Of a DNA stretch of 64,000 nt, positions 58,950 to 64,000 are shown one piece after another. The stretch is from Rhodocyclaceae bacterium (lineage in GTDB: Bacteria; Pseudomonadota; Gammaproteobacteria; Burkholderiales; Ga0077523). Every line of letters starts with the position of its first letter. The stretch's first letter is position 1. The notes beneath the pieces are model-generated. The model was given only the letters and a program-made list of their open reading frames with translations, was not told the DNA's origin and searched no databases. The DNA is taken from NCBI GenBank assembly GCA_020248405.1, contig JADCHQ010000015.1, forward strand, positions 14,643-78,642, in the 5' to 3' direction. The translations under genes and the position numbers were made by a program.

Positions 58950-59768
58950 TCAGCCGCCCACCATTTCTTCGCGATGCGCCGCACGCGCCTCCAGTTCCAC
59001 CTCCGCACCCTCCACCGGCGGGCGGCCCAGGTGCCAGCGGATGCCGCGCCGGGCAGCCCCGCCCACCGCCGGGGCGAGGAATTCCTCGATCAGGGCGCCC
59101 GGCGCCGCGGCGGCGTAGAACTCCACCTGGGTGGCGTTCTCCCAGGACTGCCCCAATTCGGAGAGCCGCGCCGAGACCGCGTCGAACACGAAGCGCAGCT
59201 TGCGGCGCATGCCCTCGGGGGACGTGTCGCCCGGCGCCACCACGCTGCCACCGGGGCCGATCTCGGTCATGCCCGACATCACGAAGCTCGCGCTGCCACG
59301 CCCGCCGGGCACGGTGTACGAGAAGCCGTGCACGCAGGGCTGCTCCGGCGGCTCGTGCAGCGGCGCCACGTTGGTGCGGCACACGGGATTCCGCCCCTCC
59401 ACTATCAGCCCCCAGCGCACCAGGCGCTCCACGTAGGGCTGGTTGAAGGCGCGGAAGCCGGCCATGGACAGCTGGGCGGGAATGCGCAGCTCCATGCCGC
59501 ACAGCGCCTGCATGGGCCGGCCGCGCGCGGCCAGGTGCCGCTCGATCAGGCCGTAGGCCTCCTCCAGGGGCAGCCACGGCCCGAGCACCGTGTGCACGAT
59601 CTCGAAACCCTCCGCTGCCACCACGCCCCCGGCATACACCGGGCCGCCGGGCAGGAACCGCAGGCCACCACGCGGCTGGTCCACCAGCGACGCGGCGGGC
59701 TGGGCGCGCGCCGTGAGCCCGGCGCCCGATACCATGACCGCGGCGGCGCCCAGCAGCCGCCGCCGCAT
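58950..59768 (-). CDS. Hypothetical protein with a twin-arginine signal peptide
   Basis: MRRRLLGAAAVMVSGAGLTARAQ is Tat-like. I do not recognise the mature part. The start at ATG 59768 is preferred over 59852. Confidence 0.6.
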   Translation of the reverse strand: MRRRLLGAAAVMVSGAGLTARAQPAASLVDQPRGGLRFLPGGPVYAGGVVAAEGFEIVHTVLGPWLPLEEAYGLIERHLAARGRPMQALCGMELRIPAQLSMAGFRAFNQPYVERLVRWGLIVEGRNPVCRTNVAPLHEPPEQPCVHGFSYTVPGGRGSASFVMSGMTEIGPGGSVVAPGDTSPEGMRRKLRFVFDAVSARLSELGQSWENATQVEFYAAAAPGALIEEFLAPAVGGAARRGIRWHLGRPPVEGAEVELEARAAHREEMVGG

Positions 59769-59923
59769 GCGGTCGCAGCCCGTTACCGCGTCCGTTGCCC
59801 GAGCCGCCCCGGATTTCCCGTCACCGCCATTTGCCCTCATGGCATGCCTCATCTAGCCTTGCGGACCTTCCGCCTCGCCGATGGTAACCACACCGGCGCG
59901 CTTTCCGCACCTCTTCCCGCCCC

Positions 59924-61354
59924 GTGAATTCCACTGCTGTCTCCCCGCCGCTCGGCCGCCTGCCCGCGGTGCGACACGACGCCAACGGCCATCGCCGGGT
60001 GGATATGGGGGCCGTGGCGGCGCTGGCCTTGCCGCTCATGCTCAACAGCGCGGTGCAACTGGTGCTCAACCTCACGGATGCGTGGTTCATCGGCCGGCTG
60101 TCGGTGGAGGCCATGGCGGCCCTGGGCGCCACCCACTTCCTCGCCATCGTGTTCTTCCTGGCCTTCGGCGGCGTGGGCCTGTGTATCCAGACTCTGGTGG
60201 CGCAGGCCTATGGCGCCCGCGCCAATCGCCGCGCGAGCCGCGCCACCTGGTGGGGCTTGTGGGCGGCCCTGTGCACGCTGCCCCCATTCCTGGCGGTGGC
60301 GCTGCCCGCCCGGCCCCTGCTGGGGCTGTTCGGGCTCGACCCCGCGGTGCAGGACCTGGCTGCACAGTACTGGACCCCGCGACTCCTGGGCGGCCCGCTC
60401 GCAGTGGGGCTGTGGGCCGTGTCGGGCTTCTTCAACGGCATCGGCCGCACACGGGTAACGCTGGTGGTCATGCTGGTGGTGGCAGTGGTCAATGCGCTGC
60501 TCAACGAAATCCTCATCTTTCGGCTTGGACTGGGGATGGCCGGCTCGGCCTGGGCCACCACGGCATCGCTGGGGCTGGGCTGCGCGCTGATCGTGGCGCT
60601 GTTCCTCTCCGCTGCGCTGCAAGCCGAATACCGCACGCGGCGCACCTGGCGCGCCTCGGCCAAGGGCCTGCGGCTAGTGTTCGCGCTGGGCATCCCCACG
60701 GGCGTGTTCCCCGCGGTGGACCTGGTGGCCATCTCGCTGTTCCAGCTCATGCAGGTGCGCCTGGGAACGGTGGAAGGCGCTGCCACGCAGATCGTCATGA
60801 TGCTCACGGCCATCGCCTACCTGCCCGCCATCGGCATCGCCATGGCGGGCACCACCCTGGTGGGCCAGTCCATCGGCGCCGGCGACCGCGCCTGGGCAGG
60901 CAGGCTCGGCGACCGCATCATCGCCCTCACCACCGCGTACATGGGCACCGTGGGCATTCTCATCGGCCTGGGAGGGCCGTGGCTGATCCCGCTGTTCACC
61001 GACCCCGAAGACCCGGCGGCTGCCGCAGTGCTGGCGGCCGGACTGCGCCTGGTGTGGATTGCCGGGGCCTACCAGGTATTCGACGCCCTGAACCTCGCCA
61101 GTGCCTTTTGCCTGCGCGGCGCTGGCGACGTGCGCGCACCGACGCTGTACGTCATTGCCCTGGCGTGGTTGGGCTTCGTGCCGCTGGCGCACATGGCGTC
61201 CTTCGCGCCAGGCCAAGGCTGGGTCGACGCATTACCGCAACTTGGCTGGGGTAGTGTTGGGGGCTGGATGGCGGCATTGGTGTACGTGGTGGCGTTGGGG
61301 CTGGTCATGTGGCTGCGCTGGCGCTCGGGCGTGTGGCGCCGCTTGCAAGTGTGA
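59924..61354 (+). CDS. MATE-family efflux transporter
   Basis: Twelve hydrophobic helices and the N-terminal motif ALALPLMLNSAVQLVLNLTDAWFIGRLS. The start at GTG 59924 is tentative. Confidence 0.85.
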   Translation: MNSTAVSPPLGRLPAVRHDANGHRRVDMGAVAALALPLMLNSAVQLVLNLTDAWFIGRLSVEAMAALGATHFLAIVFFLAFGGVGLCIQTLVAQAYGARANRRASRATWWGLWAALCTLPPFLAVALPARPLLGLFGLDPAVQDLAAQYWTPRLLGGPLAVGLWAVSGFFNGIGRTRVTLVVMLVVAVVNALLNEILIFRLGLGMAGSAWATTASLGLGCALIVALFLSAALQAEYRTRRTWRASAKGLRLVFALGIPTGVFPAVDLVAISLFQLMQVRLGTVEGAATQIVMMLTAIAYLPAIGIAMAGTTLVGQSIGAGDRAWAGRLGDRIIALTTAYMGTVGILIGLGGPWLIPLFTDPEDPAAAAVLAAGLRLVWIAGAYQVFDALNLASAFCLRGAGDVRAPTLYVIALAWLGFVPLAHMASFAPGQGWVDALPQLGWGSVGGWMAALVYVVALGLVMWLRWRSGVWRRLQV

Positions 61355-61459
61355 CCGGCCCCAGAGTGTGCGGCGATGACCCGCACCCATGACCTGGCGC
61401 GCAATCTGCTTATGTTTCTCGGGAGAGAAGTCAACCAAAAGATCGTGCGAATTCAACTC

Positions 61460-61744
61460 ATGATGGAAAAACGCCCGCCGCAACCGGCGAAGCTGTCGCG
61501 CCCCATCCACACCGAACGCGACTACCATGAAGCCAAGGCCCTGTTGGCAGGCACCATGCGCTCCGCCCGCAGCACGGAGATGGCCTTGCGTGCAGAGGCC
61601 TTGCTGCGCGAAATCGTGGACTACGAGTTGCGCCTCGACATGCAGGCGGAGGAGGCCTCCTGGAAAACCCCCGACCAGGACCAGCGAATGCTCCAGGGTT
61701 TGTGCCGACGATGGTCGGACGCACCGGCAGAGGGCGCTCCTTAA
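61460..61744 (+). CDS. Hypothetical small protein resembling only the N-terminal segment of HigA/COG5499-type antitoxins
   Basis: PIHTERDYHEAKALLAGTM...ALRAEALLREIVDYE fits the I-x-TE-x-DY...L..LI..YE pattern. There is no HTH domain and no obvious Shine-Dalgarno sequence. The start is uncertain (61376, 61460 or 61463). Confidence 0.35.
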   Translation: MMEKRPPQPAKLSRPIHTERDYHEAKALLAGTMRSARSTEMALRAEALLREIVDYELRLDMQAEEASWKTPDQDQRMLQGLCRRWSDAPAEGAP

Positions 61745-61855
61745 GGAATACACGCGCGCCAGGAAGTACCTGCCGCACCCGGCAAGCGGGGAGCCGCATG
61801 GGTCTGCCCAGTCAGGCGCCCCGGGGCGCACCGACCGGTGGAGGCACCCGTTGCG

Positions 61856-62347
61856 CTATTCCAGGCTGAGCAGCCAGGTGATGAGATCGCCCTTCTCCCG
61901 GGGGGTGCAGGCACGGCGCAGCAGCAAGCGGCAGTTCACCGCGAAGTAGCGTTCCACGCGCTGCCAGTCGTTGAACCGATCGGGGTTGGCTCCCGGCGCG
62001 AAAGCGCCCATGTGGCGTTTCTTGGCGTGCTCGGGATCGGGGTGTTCGTCGTCGTTGATCACGTGGCAGGCGCGGCACAGGACCGGTGCACGGTGAGCAC
62101 GGAATCCCTGGCGGGGGTCTTCCAAATGACAGGAGGAGCAGCTGGCATCGCCAGGCCCCGCCAAGGGATGCCTCGCAAAGTAGAACGCACGGCCGCGCTC
62201 GGCACTGAAACCTCCAAAGCTCGGGTCTTCGACACGAGCGGCGGCGTCGTAACGCGCCAGCAGATCGGCAGGGGTGTCGGCCCGGGCAACGAGCGCGTGC
62301 GGCGCCACGAGCAGCCAGGCCACCATCAGCGGACGCAGGATTGCCAT
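61856..62347 (-). CDS. Di-haem cytochrome c (DUF1924-like)
   Basis: Signal peptide MAILRPLMVAWLLVAPHALVARA and two haem motifs, CSSCH and CRACH. Confidence 0.75.
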   Translation of the reverse strand: MAILRPLMVAWLLVAPHALVARADTPADLLARYDAAARVEDPSFGGFSAERGRAFYFARHPLAGPGDASCSSCHLEDPRQGFRAHRAPVLCRACHVINDDEHPDPEHAKKRHMGAFAPGANPDRFNDWQRVERYFAVNCRLLLRRACTPREKGDLITWLLSLE

Positions 62348-62655
62348 CAGGAAAACCTGCTGCGCGGGTGGTTCACCCCTTGGGCGGCGAGCGGTCGAAT
62401 GTTCTTGCCGGGCGGCAGCAGGCACTGCCGGGCTGTTTCTTCCAGCGCCTCGGTGGCGGGCGTGGACGGAAAGCCAACCTCAAGGCGAATACCCCTGATG
62501 CCCGAAACCCCCGGCTTCACGCCGCGGTCGTGGAGCGACTTCGCCAGAAGGCAAAGCCGCTTGTGCAACCTCGATTCGTCAGCGCTCATGGCCGAGGGCA
62601 ACCGTGGGAGTTCGTTCAAGCGATGCATGGAAGCCACTGCCTGCTGGGATGAACT

Positions 62656-62675
62656 CTAGCATTTCGGAATGCTAG
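62656..62675. repeat. Perfect 8-bp-stem hairpin between the cytochrome genes
   Basis: CTAGCATT-tcgg-AATGCTAG, AT-richer than its surroundings. It lies 15 nt downstream of the stop of the 62691-62972 cytochrome gene. Confidence 0.5.
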
Positions 62676-62690
62676 CAGCCACTGGCAAGG

Positions 62691-62972
62691 TCACGGACCG
62701 GCGTTGTCCTTCAGCCAGTTGATCACGGCGGCCCGCTCTTCAGCTTTCGGCAGGTAGTGCCCCGGCAGGAAACGTTCCCATCGGGCCGCCCGCTCATCGG
62801 AAGGATGACGCGCGGCAAAGGAGAGGAGCTTTTGCTGATCGTGACAGGCGACGCAGCGCTGCTTGACGATCCTGGCTCCGTCGGCCGACTCGTCGGTACC
62901 AGCAGCAATCGTGGATGTGGCCACCGTGGCCGCGAGCAGCAGGATGGCAAGGGGTGCGTTGATGCGGTGCAT
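62691..62972 (-). CDS. Small periplasmic mono-haem c-type cytochrome-like protein
   Basis: Signal peptide MHRINAPLAILLLAATVATSTIAA and haem motif CVACH. Start re-picked at ATG 62972. Confidence 0.65.
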   Translation of the reverse strand: MHRINAPLAILLLAATVATSTIAAGTDESADGARIVKQRCVACHDQQKLLSFAARHPSDERAARWERFLPGHYLPKAEERAAVINWLKDNAGP

Positions 62973-63226
62973 GGCAAGCTCCGGTTGCGCGCTTTCCCGC
63001 CAGGGAAGCGTATCGGCAGTACCCTGCCCCATTGCCGCCTCCGGCGCCTTGACCTGTCTCAACGCCGGTGCGATGCAGCCGCTCCCATGGATTCGGGGCG
63101 AAGGGGGTGCTGCAGGGCCGGTACTGCCCAGAAGCGGCGGCTTCACCCGCAACAAGTGTTGAGGGGAGTTGCTACCATGTGCCGCCCGTTGGTTCCGCGC
63201 AGCCGCGCGCTCTTCTCCCCTGATCC

Positions 63227-63823
63227 ATGGACGCTGCTGTCATTGAGGCCATGGGCCGTTGGCCCGATGTGCCCGCCGTCTTCGGCTGGCTGGAACTGGA
63301 TCGCCGGGGCCGATGGCTCATCAAGGGCGAGCGAATCGGCAACCCGAGCGTCACGGCATTCATCGGCCGCAACTACGCCTCGGAGGCGCAAGGCCGTTGG
63401 TTCTTCCAGAACGGCCCGCAGAGGGTGTTCGCGCGGTTGCACTACACACCCTTCGTGTATCACGTGCTTCCCGCAGCGGGGAACGAGCATGGTCTGGAGA
63501 CGCACGTCGGCACGCGGGTCACACGGCTTTACGAAGCCCTGGTGGACGAGGCCGGCAGCCTGGTGCTGCGCACCGAGGCAGGCGTTGGCGTGGTGAGCGA
63601 CCGGGACCTGCCAATGCTCGCGCCATTGCTCCGGGACGAACGGGGTAACGCGCTGGACGAAGACGCCCTGGGCGCGCTGCAGGCGGGTCATCATGTGGAT
63701 GGGGCAGTGCTTCACTGGCATCACGAAGACATTCCGGTGGAGCCTGTTCACAGCAGCCATGTGCCGCGCCTGTTCGACTTCAACCCCGATCCGCGGCCAG
63801 CGCCCGGCGATCCGGACTGCTGA
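63227..63823 (+). CDS. Conserved hypothetical protein (family not recognised with certainty)
   Basis: 198-aa ORF with high third-position GC. WPDVPAVFGWLELDRRGRWLIKGERIGNPSVTAFIGRNY...WFFQNGPQRVFARLHYTP looks like a conserved proteobacterial DUF. Confidence 0.7.
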   Translation: MDAAVIEAMGRWPDVPAVFGWLELDRRGRWLIKGERIGNPSVTAFIGRNYASEAQGRWFFQNGPQRVFARLHYTPFVYHVLPAAGNEHGLETHVGTRVTRLYEALVDEAGSLVLRTEAGVGVVSDRDLPMLAPLLRDERGNALDEDALGALQAGHHVDGAVLHWHHEDIPVEPVHSSHVPRLFDFNPDPRPAPGDPDC

Positions 63824-63839
63824 GCCTCCAATGACGCTC

Positions 63840-64000
63840 TCAGCGCATCCGCTTCGCGGTGAAAGCTTCCTCGATATTGTCCTCGAAGAAACTGTTCGGC
63901 GACGGCGAGGCCATGAAGCGGCGGTGCAGTTCAGCGGAGACGCGGCTGTATTGCACGATGTTGCCGCTGGAAAACTCCACCTCCAGCGTCTGACTCGATG
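63840..64000 (-). CDS. KTSC domain-containing protein. Partial: the N-terminus lies beyond the window.
   Basis: My translation of the minus strand gives ...SQTLEVEFSSGNIVQYSRVSAELHRRFMASPSPNSFFEDNIEEAFTAKRMR*, which fits the KTSC pattern (L-x-V-x-F-x-x-G-x-x-Y-x-Y). Confidence 0.7.
   Translation of the reverse strand, partial: SSQTLEVEFSSGNIVQYSRVSAELHRRFMASPSPNSFFEDNIEEAFTAKRMR

Noticed and set aside
61838-62659. A 273-aa plus-strand ORF, and the 62341-62652 ORF, across the cytochrome cluster
   Set aside because: The first shares third-codon positions with the minus-strand haem-protein genes, which makes it a classic antisense shadow. Neither has recognisable motifs.

Overview
High-GC chromosomal segment that looks betaproteobacterial. 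That assignment is inferred from gene content and synteny (pcnB, HAD, hda, then purM-purN-DUF3108-RsmB-like, plus rpmB-rpmG/radC/coaBC-dut), not from any search. The window is densely coding (about 60 CDS) and mostly core metabolism. I found no rRNA, tRNA, CRISPR array, transposase, integrase or phage genes. Many ORFs in the supplied track are antisense or out-of-frame shadows typical of GC-rich DNA, and many real genes start well inside the longest ORF. I re-picked those starts from N-terminal homology, Shine-Dalgarno spacing and stop/start overlaps.

Gene content from left to right:
- livM/livH permeases, a LivK-like binding protein and an acyl-CoA ligase
- panC-panB, pcnB, a HAD hydrolase and hda
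- purM-purN, DUF3108, an RsmB-like methyltransferase, an MscS-like channel and an acyl-CoA desaturase
- rpmB-rpmG, radC, coaBC-dut
- an xoxF-xoxJ-xoxG-like PQQ dehydrogenase cassette with the lanthanide-type DYD motif
- a response-regulator/PP2C phosphatase with an RsbW-like kinase
- DUF192, sodB, ybiB, an HDAC-like protein, DUF2007, an esterase and a rhodanese
- an ABC ATPase, double-FtsX permease and HlyD exporter, followed by a frameshifted epimerase and a TlpA-like redoxin
- DUF945, the first DUF1111 di-haem protein, ilvE, an aldehyde dehydrogenase, an aminotransferase, an MBL hydrolase, a methyltransferase and a threonine dehydratase
- a five-gene SDR/ADH/Ldh2/DMT/RraA operon
- a second DUF1111 gene coupled to a predicted beta-barrel
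- an amidase and an acyl-CoA synthetase
- an unannotated 50-codon gene, an EEP-fold protein, a Tat-signal protein and a MATE pump
- a small c-type cytochrome cluster and a partial KTSC gene

I see no clear-cut novel multi-gene system. The most interesting candidates are:
- the STAS-less partner-switching pair upstream of the xox cassette, together with an ambiguous 500-bp region next to it
- the self-contained 50-codon gene at 57861-58013
- the DUF1111/beta-barrel pair
- a terminator-like leader in front of the SDR operon
- a one-base frameshift at the catalytic Tyr codon of the epimerase
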